The notes below the pieces were generated by a model, which saw nothing but the letters and a program-made list of their open reading frames with translations, made no database searches and was not told where the DNA came from. A DNA stretch of 64,000 nucleotides from Nitrososphaeria archaeon (GTDB lineage: Archaea; Thermoproteota; Nitrososphaeria; JACIWG01), in assembly GCA_963760525.1 (NCBI GenBank), contig CAVXDT010000014.1, positions 120,203 to 184,202 on the forward strand, given 5' to 3'. Positions 47,664-56,913 of this stretch are shown here, in pieces. Within the stretch, counting starts at the first letter, position 1. Each line of letters opens with the position of its first letter. The position numbers were made by a program, and so were the translations under genes.

Positions 47664-49733
47664 TTACACATTTATTATAGATGCTGAGCCGCATTTAGGG
47701 CATCTTGACGCAGGTGGACTCTTAGCATTACATGTGCCACAAGAAACAAGGTCCTTTCTGATCTTGAACAAACTGAGTTTAGATAAAGCCTGCTGAATAG
47801 TATCTCCGATTTCATGCGTATCCGTCAGCGATGAGATATCCAGAACCACATGGTATCCGCCCTTTGTCCTATCTATTCTAGCCTGCATTCTCCGAAGCAT
47901 ACCATCGTCATTCAAAGCCTTCATGTTCATGACTGGAATCTGAGAATATCTACCTATACCTGTTAAAACTCTATCCTGAGATGTCTTGGAGAAGATTTCT
48001 TTATCAAGTTCATAGAATCTTTCAGCAGACCCATCAACATAAACTGCTGGGCACATCTTTAATCCTATCTTACTCCCTTCATCCTCTACCATCTTTTGCG
48101 TGAAATCAATGAATTTTATCCACATCTTGTTCTGCTCATCTAGGTCCTGCGGAGCAAGATGTCTAGCAACCTCTTCAAGGCCAACCATATTCAATACTAT
48201 CTCCATACTGTTCTTTGGAAAAAGGTCACTATTATACTCGTAAACATAAAGCAGTTTCTTCTCCATCAAATCTATCAGGATGTTCTTACGTGTTTCCATT
48301 ACACCCGATACTTTCTGAAGGGTGACTTTCAGCAGACTCTTAATATATGACTCTTCAGAACCACTATGAAGTAGACGCGGTAAATTTATGGCTAAGGACT
48401 GCAGGACTATCGTACCTGCCGGCTGAATATCATTTTCGTCAAAATACTTTCTTATCCCATGATAAGATGTCGGCTTATCAATTCGGGATCCGAACATAAC
48501 ATTTCCTCCGTTATTAATCGCTTCCAGAAAAAGATCAAGCTTATCATTGAACTTACCTTTATCAAGAACGTTTACCAGAAGATTTATTCTAGGCTTCAAT
48601 GCTCTCTTAAGATAGAGTACGTACGCTTCCATTACTGCTTCTAAGATATCATCCCTAACACCATCTCCAACATTTATCTGAAAACTCAGAGATTTGGTTG
48701 AACCCGGATCTATATTAGAGACAATATTAACTATCATATTGTAAAATATCTTCTTGCTTATTTCCCTCCATTCTTCCTTTCCTCCTGCCGAGGAAACAAA
48801 CTCCAGAAAGTTTTCGATAACAATCTCATCAGATGCCTCATGAAGCATCTTCCTACCAAGCAAACTAAGCTTAGCAAAAGCGGAATCCAAATCACCGACC
48901 TTGTCAAACCTGATCATAGCAGGATCCTTTACCCCAAACTTGGTTTCAGAGCCAATAATCGATGAAGCATCAAAGAACACACTATCAGGCATAATGCCCC
49001 AGCATCCGGAATTAACAATGCTGATATCACCAGAAAGATGCATATCCAAAGCCTCCGAACCGATCTGCGTCAACAAAAGATAATCTGTAAAAACCGCGTC
49101 AGCCGCAGCAAACCTCAAAGAAACAACATCACCCTCAGAAAGACCCGTCTGGTAAATCTTTTCAGTTACATCCTTCACTGGCAAACCCATCCGAGTAAGC
49201 TTATTCCGATACTCGTCCAAACCTTTCTCTACTAAAACAGAATTAACAAGCTCACGAATCAAGGGCGCAGTCAAATGTACGTTCTCCAACTTACTGATCC
49301 TAGACTCAGCCTCAGCAGTAATCTTTGAGGCTAAATCCCGTGGAACATTAGCCTCCCTAATCAGTGACTGATAAATCCTATTAACATCAAACTCTTCAAT
49401 TTTATGCCTGGATGTCCTCACATATATCTTGCCTGAAGACTGCAAAGCCACATCTCTCAACTCACCCGTAACAGATAAAACCATCCTACCAAGAGGCGAT
49501 AGAGAATATTTTCTAGTATTCTTATTCAAACTCATCAAATTAACAGAACACAATAATCTTAAATGGTAAGCAAAACGACCAGACTCTCTTTTTTTGACAA
49601 AGCCACAATTATTCTTCAATTCAGTATAAGACAACGAACCACTCTTGTTCAACTCCCGTAAAATTGACAAACGCTCATTGGAACCTAAAGCCGAATAAAC
49701 TTTCTCGAAATCTACTGGGTCTTCAGACATCAA
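47664..49733 (-). CDS. wHTH + ATP-cone + NrdD-like (class III ribonucleotide reductase-like) protein with C-terminal Zn ribbon; no glycyl-radical motif seen
   Basis: N-terminal ArsR-like wHTH (LSILRELNKSGSLSYTELKNNCGFVKKRESGRFAYHLRLL). ATP-cone (KIYVRTSRHKIEEFDVNRIYQSLIREANVP...). About 450-aa core. C-terminal CGTCNAKSPPASRCPKCGS, and the protein ends 10 aa later with no RVCGY-type Gly-radical loop. Confidence 0.45.
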   Translation of the reverse strand: MMSEDPVDFEKVYSALGSNERLSILRELNKSGSLSYTELKNNCGFVKKRESGRFAYHLRLLCSVNLMSLNKNTRKYSLSPLGRMVLSVTGELRDVALQSSGKIYVRTSRHKIEEFDVNRIYQSLIREANVPRDLASKITAEAESRISKLENVHLTAPLIRELVNSVLVEKGLDEYRNKLTRMGLPVKDVTEKIYQTGLSEGDVVSLRFAAADAVFTDYLLLTQIGSEALDMHLSGDISIVNSGCWGIMPDSVFFDASSIIGSETKFGVKDPAMIRFDKVGDLDSAFAKLSLLGRKMLHEASDEIVIENFLEFVSSAGGKEEWREISKKIFYNMIVNIVSNIDPGSTKSLSFQINVGDGVRDDILEAVMEAYVLYLKRALKPRINLLVNVLDKGKFNDKLDLFLEAINNGGNVMFGSRIDKPTSYHGIRKYFDENDIQPAGTIVLQSLAINLPRLLHSGSEESYIKSLLKVTLQKVSGVMETRKNILIDLMEKKLLYVYEYNSDLFPKNSMEIVLNMVGLEEVARHLAPQDLDEQNKMWIKFIDFTQKMVEDEGSKIGLKMCPAVYVDGSAERFYELDKEIFSKTSQDRVLTGIGRYSQIPVMNMKALNDDGMLRRMQARIDRTKGGYHVVLDISSLTDTHEIGDTIQQALSKLSLFKIRKDLVSCGTCNAKSPPASRCPKCGSASIINV

Positions 49734-49887
49734 ACCTCACCAATCGACATCCCTGCACTCAACCAATGGCATACAACCAAACAACTAAAAAACTTTAAAC
49801 CAAAATCTCAACTCAAAGACCTAACACCAATGACCACAACAAGTGAACCAAAAAATAAATACACACAAAACACAAGCTCATACCAAC

Positions 49888-49963
49888 GGGGTCGTCAGCT
49901 AGCATGGCTTAGGCTACGTGGCTTGGGCCCACGCAATCGTGAGTTCAAATCTCACCGACCCCA
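49888..49963 (+). tRNA. tRNA-Pro (anticodon TGG)
   Basis: Acceptor GGGGTCG/CGACCCC; anticodon stem CGTGG/CCACG with loop CTTGGGC; T-arm GTGAG-TTCAAAT-CTCAC; 76 nt without CCA. Confidence 0.8.
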
Positions 49964-50155
49964 TCTTCATTGATACTTTTAGACGAACATCATATTAATC
50001 GGTATTATTGTTGAACCTAGCGAAAGCTCGTTCTGGTACCTGTTCTCTATTCGCAAAACGTATTCGCTGATTTCACGTTAAGATTTTTGAGCTATTAAGA
50101 GGTGAAAATTGGCTCTTATATCATTCAAACATGTGGGACATTTGTTATACACTTG

Positions 50156-50947
50156 TCATATGCTGTGTGATAGGTAGTCGAACCTTCCTCCGTCTACGAC
50201 TATCAGCTGTCCTGTTATGAAGCTTGACTCGTCGGATGCTAGAAAGAGTGCTGCATTGGCGATGTCTTGTGGCTGTCCGTTTCTTCTCAAAGCAGAAAAC
50301 CTCGCTTTCTCTTCGAATATCTCCTGAACTTCCTTCTCTGTCCTTCCTATTCGATGAACATCTGTCTCGATTAGTCCGGGTGCGATTGCGTTGACGTTTA
50401 TGTTGTATGGTCCTAGTTCGTATGCTAGTCTTTTTGTTAGGGTGTTGAGGGCTGCTTTGGCTGGTGCGTAGGCTACTGCTCTCCCGCTTGTTCTGCCAAT
50501 AGTGCCCAGTGAAGCGTTGGATGAAATGTTGATTATCTTCCCATACCTGCGCTTTGTCATTTGGGGTGCGATGGCTTGTACGCAGTAGTATGGGGCATAC
50601 AGTGTGCCTTCTACTGTTGTGCGGAGGTCTTCTTCAGTCGCCTCTAGGATGCTTGGGCTCATCGCGCCCTGTGTCACATTATTCACTAGGACATCTATTC
50701 TCTTGAACTCGTTTATAGCTTGGTTGACCATTTTGAAAACGTCGGCTTTTTTCGACATGTCTGCTTGTATTGTTATGGAATGACGTCCGAGTTTGGTGAT
50801 TTCTTCTGCTACTTCTTCTGCTTTCTGTTTGTTTTTGAGATAGTTTATTATGACGTCCGCTCCTTCTTTGGCGAAGGTTAGTGTGGTAGCTCTTCCTATT
50901 CCTCGGGACGAGCCTGTCACAAGACAAATCTTATCTTTTAACTTCAT
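50156..50947 (-). CDS. Short-chain dehydrogenase/reductase (FabG-like)
   Basis: TGSSRGIGRA cofactor motif, NNV, and catalytic YAPAKAA (YxxxK). Confidence 0.8.
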   Translation of the reverse strand: MKLKDKICLVTGSSRGIGRATTLTFAKEGADVIINYLKNKQKAEEVAEEITKLGRHSITIQADMSKKADVFKMVNQAINEFKRIDVLVNNVTQGAMSPSILEATEEDLRTTVEGTLYAPYYCVQAIAPQMTKRRYGKIINISSNASLGTIGRTSGRAVAYAPAKAALNTLTKRLAYELGPYNINVNAIAPGLIETDVHRIGRTEKEVQEIFEEKARFSALRRNGQPQDIANAALFLASDESSFITGQLIVVDGGRFDYLSHSI

Positions 50948-51116
50948 CAGAACAACACTTTCTTCAGCGTTAATTTAAACCTTAAAGAATCAAATCTATT
51001 CTCCATTAGTCATATTCTATCATCTTATCTATGACTTTGACCTATATCTATTGGCTGACTAAAATATGTGCGCATTAACTGAGAACTAAAATTGCATTAA
51101 GGATTTGTCAAATAAA

Positions 51117-51572
51117 TTATTCTACATGTTGCTCGCTTCTATTTTCCCCAGTACCTATTTTCTGTATCATCTTTTCTAATGTCTGCATTAACTTCTCAGG
51201 TTCTTTGGTATATAACCTCAATACTTCTCCTCTTCTAGGATGTTTTATTGAAACGAACATTCTCTTTGTGTTACTTTTTATTTTAAATTTAGGCGAAATG
51301 TTACTGACCGTTCTATCGTTGTAAGTAAGCGCTCCGTTAGACACGTTATATTTTGTCGGAATAGTTGGGTAAGGTGTTGGAAAGAAAAAGAAGGCAAGCA
51401 CAAACATGATTATGAGTCCAATATAGCCTAAAAGGAAAAACATCAAAAACATCCCTATGAATTCTAGAGCCATTAGGCCCACGGTGTAGGTAAGGCTCCT
51501 CATCCTATCCGCTCTCTTTAACTCTCCTGCATCAAAGTCGCCTAAGGTTTCTTCCATGGTCACGTTTTCCAT
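51117..51572 (-). CDS. Hypothetical membrane protein (2 TM)
   Basis: Two hydrophobic helices (LTYTVGLMALEFIGMFLMFFLLGYIGLIIMFVLAFFFF), then a soluble C-terminal region. Confidence 0.35.
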   Translation of the reverse strand: MENVTMEETLGDFDAGELKRADRMRSLTYTVGLMALEFIGMFLMFFLLGYIGLIIMFVLAFFFFPTPYPTIPTKYNVSNGALTYNDRTVSNISPKFKIKSNTKRMFVSIKHPRRGEVLRLYTKEPEKLMQTLEKMIQKIGTGENRSEQHVE

Positions 51573-51742
51573 TTAAATCTATTAATACTTTAGTATGACA
51601 AGACCTTGATAGTTTCTCCCCCTCAAGAAGACATAATAGCATCTCCCTGCTTTTACCAACCAGAAATCCTATACTGTCTTGTTGTATAATAATCAATACT
51701 GATTCTGAGGAATCATCGCACATAACTGGGTACTGTGCTATT

Positions 51743-51949
51743 TTAATTGCTAAAGAGCCTGTGCATGAGAGCAAGTACAAAGCCAGCAATGAAGCCACCA
51801 ATATGCGCCCAGTAAGCCACCCCACCGGTCTTTGCTGTAGTAATACCCAATGACGCGATCCCGCTAAAGAATTGTAAGACGAACCACAAACCAATGAACA
51901 AAAGTACCTGCACCCTCGTTATGGTGGCAAACAATCCTAAGAAGACGAA
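51743..51949 (-). pseudogene. Rhomboid-protease C-terminal fragment (TM5-6 with AHIGG motif), probable gene remnant
   Basis: GGVAYWAHIGGFIAGFVLAL matches the rhomboid catalytic-His helix. No upstream GxSG helix; only about 75 bp of upstream space before cysK. An in-frame TAG lies just upstream. Confidence 0.3.
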
Positions 51950-52010
51950 TATCTTCTATTTTTATGAAACGATTATTATTGAAATGGGAATAAGTAGCAG
52001 TGACTAGGTT

Positions 52011-53109
52011 CTACTGAATCATTTCCCATTTTGCCTGATATTTGTTTAGTTCTGTTATCGTGTACTTATCCAGTGGATGCTCTCGAACAGGTACCTCAAG
52101 GTCTTTTTCTTCTCCACAGAGTCCTGTTGAGAAATATCGTTGGCCTGAATCGTTTATCATTGTCACAATCGATTTGAATTCTTGGTGCTTATTGGAGATT
52201 TTGATTGCTGCAGCTACATTGCAGCCTGACGATATCCCACAAAATATTCCCTCTTCCAAGGCAAGTCTTTTTGCCATCTCTATTGCCTCTTCGGAGGTGG
52301 TTGTGATGATTCCAGTGATGAGGCTTAGATCCGTGTTCTTTGGAACAAAACCATCACCAATACCTTCGATTCGGTGGGAACCCCACGTTCTTTTCGACAA
52401 GAGGGGGCCTTCAGTTGGTTCAACTGCATAAATACGGATGTCAGTTTTCTTTTCTTTAAGGAATTTGCCAACGCCTGTTAAAGTTCCCCCTGTACCTGTA
52501 GATGCTAAGAAGCAATCTATGTCTCCATTTGTCTGTTCCCAAATTTCCCTGGCAGTGGTCCCATAGTGTATGTCTGGATTGATGCGATTTGAAAACTGAT
52601 CTGGCCACCAGTATCTACCAGGATCTGCTTCTATTATCTTCTTTATTTTTTCCATACCCAAATCCACATCGCTTTCTCCACCTTCTGTGAATATCACATT
52701 GCCCCCGTATGAGCAGGATCATTTTTACCCTTTCTTGACTCATCCCCTTTGGCATGACAATTATGACCTTGTAACCAAGTAGGTGCCCGATGAAAGAACA
52801 TGAAATCCCTGCATTTCCTGTTGAGGCCTCTATGATTTCCATACCTGGTCTTAGTTCGCCAGATTCAATTGCCTTCTTCAGCATTCCATAGTAGATCCTG
52901 TCCTTCAAGCTGCCTGTAGGATTATAAAATTCCAATTTTCCAAATATATCCGCTGACACGCCGTTCTTCTTGGATATTCTCTCCAATTTTACAAGGGGCG
53001 TTCTGCCTATTAATTCGAGAATGCTTTCAGAAGCCTTCTTATTAACGTCCCATTCGATCTTATCTGAATCTGATCTTCCCATGCCCTTCCACTTTCTGGT
53101 GAAAGGCAT
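52011..53109 (-). CDS. cysK: Cysteine synthase/PLP-dependent CysK-CysM-like enzyme; frame broken by a 1-nt indel in a C5 run (52702..52706)
   Basis: N-terminal part 52615..53109 (PLP-lysine region NPTGSLKDRI, ASTGNAGIS). C-terminal part 52011..52697 (GTGGTLTGVGKFLKE...IEGIGDGFVP...ISSGCNVAAA). With one G fewer in the mRNA GGGGG run, the joined sequence reads ...ERVKMILLIRGNVIFTEGGE..., matching CysK spacing exactly. Confidence 0.75.
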
Positions 53110-53306
53110 GCGTTATTTATTTCTTTTTTCAATGTTTTCCTGTCTATTAATATTTCAGAGCGACCAGTAGTATATAACAGCAAATCCCTAATGTGGGGAT
53201 TATTTTATCAGAGTAGACAATGTAAGGGGGTTGCTGTTCATCAATCTGTTCCACCAGATGACTCTTCTTGTCTTGAATTTCAATAGAATATCCGAGTGAG
53301 TTGCAG

Positions 53307-54461
53307 CTACCACATTAATTCGATCGCTCTTGTGGGACACCATGCTTTACATAGACCGCATCCGTCACACTTTTCTGGATTGGTCCGCGCCTTGCTGTCC
53401 ACCATTTGGATCGCATCGTACGAGCAACTCGTTACGCAAATCCTGCATCCGTTGCACAGGGTTTCGTCAACGGATGCCTTCATTGGCTCTCTTGCCGCCA
53501 GCTCCTCTACTGTGGTTAAATATCTTAATGCTATTCCCTTGAAATCTTCGATCTTTTCGTACCCTTTTCTTTCCATGAAAGATTTAAGACCACTATTCAA
53601 TTCTTCAAAAACTCTTAACCCCCTCCACATGACAGCAGTACACGTTTGTACCGTAGTAGCGCCTACCATGATATATTCTACAACATCCCTCCAATTGGAG
53701 ACGCCTCCTATCGCAGATATCGGTATCCTGACTGCTTGGGCTACCTGTGCAACACATCTTAGCGTAATTGGTTTTATCCCCGGGCCTGAGTAACCTCCAA
53801 AAGCAGGCAGTATAGGTTTTCCTGTCTCAACATCGACTCCATACAGTGCTTGCACTGAATTAGTGGCTGATATGGCATCAGCGCCTCCTTCTTCAGCTGC
53901 CCTAGCTATCTCCCCAATATACGCAAAGTTCGGTGACAGTTTTACAGTCACAGGCACATCGACAGCTTCCTTAACTGCCTTAGTCTGTTCCATAGTCAAT
54001 TTCGGGTCTCTCCCAATGTGCATTCCGACTTTTTCGACAGGCATGGGGCAGGAGACGTTTATTTCGACCATCGACACATAACCCGTTTTCACGACTGCTG
54101 ACGCTGTCTTTTGAGTGTTAGAAGGATCGGGGTCTGCCACAATACTCGCTATGATAGGTACTCCGCCTTGGGCGGCGATCTTCAGTTCCTTCTCAAGCCA
54201 ACTTTGCAATGGAAGAGTTGAAAACAGTTCGAGGTTGATCATGCCAAAAGGAGTTTTTTGAACTTTGAAAAGGCCCATCCTTCCGACACGAGGATGATGA
54301 AGCCACCTAGAAGGTGGACCTATTGACTTGGGGATCACCGCACCTGCTCCAGCCAGTCCCACCCTCTTCAAATGCTCTCCATCCCAACCTGGACCGCCAG
54401 ACGCCAAGATTATGGGATTTGCAAGGTTAACACCTGCAAAATTTACACTTATGTCCACCAT
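53307..54461 (-). CDS. Dihydroorotate dehydrogenase-family flavoprotein with C-terminal 2x[4Fe-4S] ferredoxin domain (PreA/DHOD-1B-like)
   Basis: TIM-barrel DHOD-like core (GGADAISATNS..., IGGVSNWRD). C-terminal CNGCRICVTSC...CDGCGLCKAWCP. Confidence 0.7.
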   Translation of the reverse strand: MVDISVNFAGVNLANPIILASGGPGWDGEHLKRVGLAGAGAVIPKSIGPPSRWLHHPRVGRMGLFKVQKTPFGMINLELFSTLPLQSWLEKELKIAAQGGVPIIASIVADPDPSNTQKTASAVVKTGYVSMVEINVSCPMPVEKVGMHIGRDPKLTMEQTKAVKEAVDVPVTVKLSPNFAYIGEIARAAEEGGADAISATNSVQALYGVDVETGKPILPAFGGYSGPGIKPITLRCVAQVAQAVRIPISAIGGVSNWRDVVEYIMVGATTVQTCTAVMWRGLRVFEELNSGLKSFMERKGYEKIEDFKGIALRYLTTVEELAAREPMKASVDETLCNGCRICVTSCSYDAIQMVDSKARTNPEKCDGCGLCKAWCPTRAIELMW

Positions 54462-54525
54462 CTAAATCAACTCTTTCATGCTCTAGCAAAGCATACGTAT
54501 TTCAATCTTGCTTTTTTTACTGTAA

Positions 54526-55797
54526 CTATGGAACTCCTCCGCACCAGTCAAGAATTGTTAGCGCCAGCACCTTCGTAGCTGTAGTAAGGCTGTCAATATC
54601 GACCCATTCATTTACAGCATGCATCTGTTCCGTTAGGCCGGGCCCGAAAATGACTGTTGGAGTTTTACCATAATTGTTAAGGAATCGTGTGTCTGCAGCG
54701 CCTATCCTGCCTGATATTATCGGATTCCTTCTTGTAACTTCCTTGAAATTTGATGAGACGGTCTTGACTATTTGGTGTTCAACAGGAATCTCTGACGGTT
54801 CAGCAAAGTAACCTGTAAACTTGATTTTAGGGAGATGGTCTTTTAGCCATGAGTCTTTCCGAGCTACTTTGAATATGTAACTGACAAAATTACGTTTTAC
54901 CTCTTCAGAGTCTTCTCCTGGAAGAGTTGCAATGCTGCCTTTAAGGAGACATGTGCTGGGGAAAGCGCTAGGATAAGAGCCGCCTTGAAAAACGCACACC
55001 ATGCACGGTAAAGCCTCCCTAGTGTCAGGGTACAGAGGGTGACTTAGCTTGGCGACTCTCAGTTCCTCTAGGGCGGAAACAGCTTCGACGATCTTATATC
55101 CTTCCACAATAGCGTTCACGCCTTCCCATCTTCTCTGTATTCCAGCTGGTTTGCCCTCTACGGAAATCTCGAACCAGATACGTCCAATGGAGGCAGGCTG
55201 TACTCTGAGACTGCTAGTTTCACAACATATGCCGGCGTCTGCTTTATAGCCTCTTAAGATGCACGCCAAGGTTCCATTTCCGCTCAGTTCTTCGTCTACT
55301 GTAGACTCCAAAATAACATCGCCCTTCAACCTGACTTTAGATTTTATGATCGCATCTAATGCTGTTGTCATGGCAACTAGGCCGCTTTTCATGTCAGAGG
55401 CGCCGCATCCGTAGACTCTGCCATTTTCCACCTTGCCGCTCCATGGGCCGTATTCCCAAGCGTCAGGTGGTCCTGGTGGGATGACATCTACGTGCCCATT
55501 AAACAGAAGAGATTTCCCTTCACCTTCTCCATTTAGCACGCCCACAACGTTGGGTCTGTTCCTATAGTCACCTGCTGTAGGGACATGCCCAGAATGACCT
55601 TTCAGTTCGTCAATCTTAGGCTCCCACACGTCTACTGACAGTCCCATACGATTCAGCTTTTCAGTTATGAACTCTTGCGCCTCCTTCTCGTTTCCAGTTA
55701 CGCTTGGAATAGAAATGAGCTTTTGTAGGAACCTCACGGTTTCCTCTTGATTTTTTTCAATATGTCTTAAGACTTTTTCTCTAAGTTCAGCGGTCAT
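54526..55797 (-). CDS. M20-family metallopeptidase (ArgE/DapE-like deacylase)
   Basis: M20 motifs HVDVIPPG, GASDMKSG, EELSGNG. ATG at 55797 (MTAELREKV...) is the likely start; the ORF track extends to 55932. Confidence 0.75.
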   Translation of the reverse strand: MTAELREKVLRHIEKNQEETVRFLQKLISIPSVTGNEKEAQEFITEKLNRMGLSVDVWEPKIDELKGHSGHVPTAGDYRNRPNVVGVLNGEGEGKSLLFNGHVDVIPPGPPDAWEYGPWSGKVENGRVYGCGASDMKSGLVAMTTALDAIIKSKVRLKGDVILESTVDEELSGNGTLACILRGYKADAGICCETSSLRVQPASIGRIWFEISVEGKPAGIQRRWEGVNAIVEGYKIVEAVSALEELRVAKLSHPLYPDTREALPCMVCVFQGGSYPSAFPSTCLLKGSIATLPGEDSEEVKRNFVSYIFKVARKDSWLKDHLPKIKFTGYFAEPSEIPVEHQIVKTVSSNFKEVTRRNPIISGRIGAADTRFLNNYGKTPTVIFGPGLTEQMHAVNEWVDIDSLTTATKVLALTILDWCGGVP

Positions 55798-56764
55798 ATC
55801 TAAATCTCTCTGGCACGTGCAAGTCATCCTTCCGTCTCCTGTCCGCCCACTTCTCATACGGCTTTCCCAGTCTTTTGTCCCATGGGATGTATCCTGGCTC
55901 TGTCTCGTCAGGAAAATCATGCTGTCCATCATATGGAGCTTTTATGAATTCGCATTCCTCGTTTGGCAGTCCTTCTTGGAACATCAGCTTTCCCCTCTCA
56001 TGCCATAATTCGAGGTTTTGGCAGAGGGTTGGCATCTGTTCGCCAGGGATGGATAAACAGATTTCATTTGGTGCTATATGCATCGCTCCAAAAGCACCGT
56101 GGCAACCAAGGGTGTAACGAGCTTCTCCCTTTAGAAAGGCAGCTGCCCAACTGGACGAACAAGTACCGGGGCCAGTCTCACTTTTAGGTGTTAATCCATT
56201 AAAGTATTGAAGCGCTCTACAAACCATAGTACATTGTCTTGCATCACCAACGACTACAACAACATCTGGGTCAAACGGGCAATTGCTCAATGGCGATATT
56301 CCCAAATATTGAATGTCTGGAGAAACTATGGAATAATCGTGAATGAGGTTTCTTCTACTGGCTATTGGTGATCCATAGATTCCAAGGCTAGAGCCGACTC
56401 CTAAATCAGGGTCCGTTCTAGTATGTGAAGCTCCTGACATTAAATTGTAAGATACCGGAGCAAGACCAACATACCCTTCTCCACTGCATGCAGGCTGAGC
56501 CGGTCTACTCTTAACCCCATCGAGAATATAGACTTCTCTCCTGAATCGAGCTCTCTGCATAAATTGGCAGTGAAGTAATTTTAGAGGTCCTCTATAGACG
56601 TATTTGTTCAATTTTGGTGGCATCGTCTTGTGAGGCCACCAAGCCAATGCTATAGGGTCTCCATATAAGCGTAATTCTCTGATTAAAATCTCACCTTGTT
56701 TTTTTGGAGGATACCCATGCCAGTCACGGTCATATATAGACCAATCATATTCTTTGGGCATCAC
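55787..56764 (-). CDS. Conserved hypothetical protein (Cys/His-rich; possibly DUF169/COG2043-like)
   Basis: 325 aa, no assignable catalytic motif. Sits in the GC-richer block. Confidence 0.3.
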   Translation of the reverse strand: MMPKEYDWSIYDRDWHGYPPKKQGEILIRELRLYGDPIALAWWPHKTMPPKLNKYVYRGPLKLLHCQFMQRARFRREVYILDGVKSRPAQPACSGEGYVGLAPVSYNLMSGASHTRTDPDLGVGSSLGIYGSPIASRRNLIHDYSIVSPDIQYLGISPLSNCPFDPDVVVVVGDARQCTMVCRALQYFNGLTPKSETGPGTCSSSWAAAFLKGEARYTLGCHGAFGAMHIAPNEICLSIPGEQMPTLCQNLELWHERGKLMFQEGLPNEECEFIKAPYDGQHDFPDETEPGYIPWDKRLGKPYEKWADRRRKDDLHVPERFRYDR

Positions 56765-56913
56765 TGCAATAAAGGGAAATGAGTATTAATATCTTTTTGA
56801 CTGAAATCTATCTTACGAAAAACAAACAGATATTTCAAATTGTACGATTAACTTCCAAATGAACTAATAAAGACTTATAAACTCCTGACAAATCACGTTT
56901 TGAGTGATGTATT

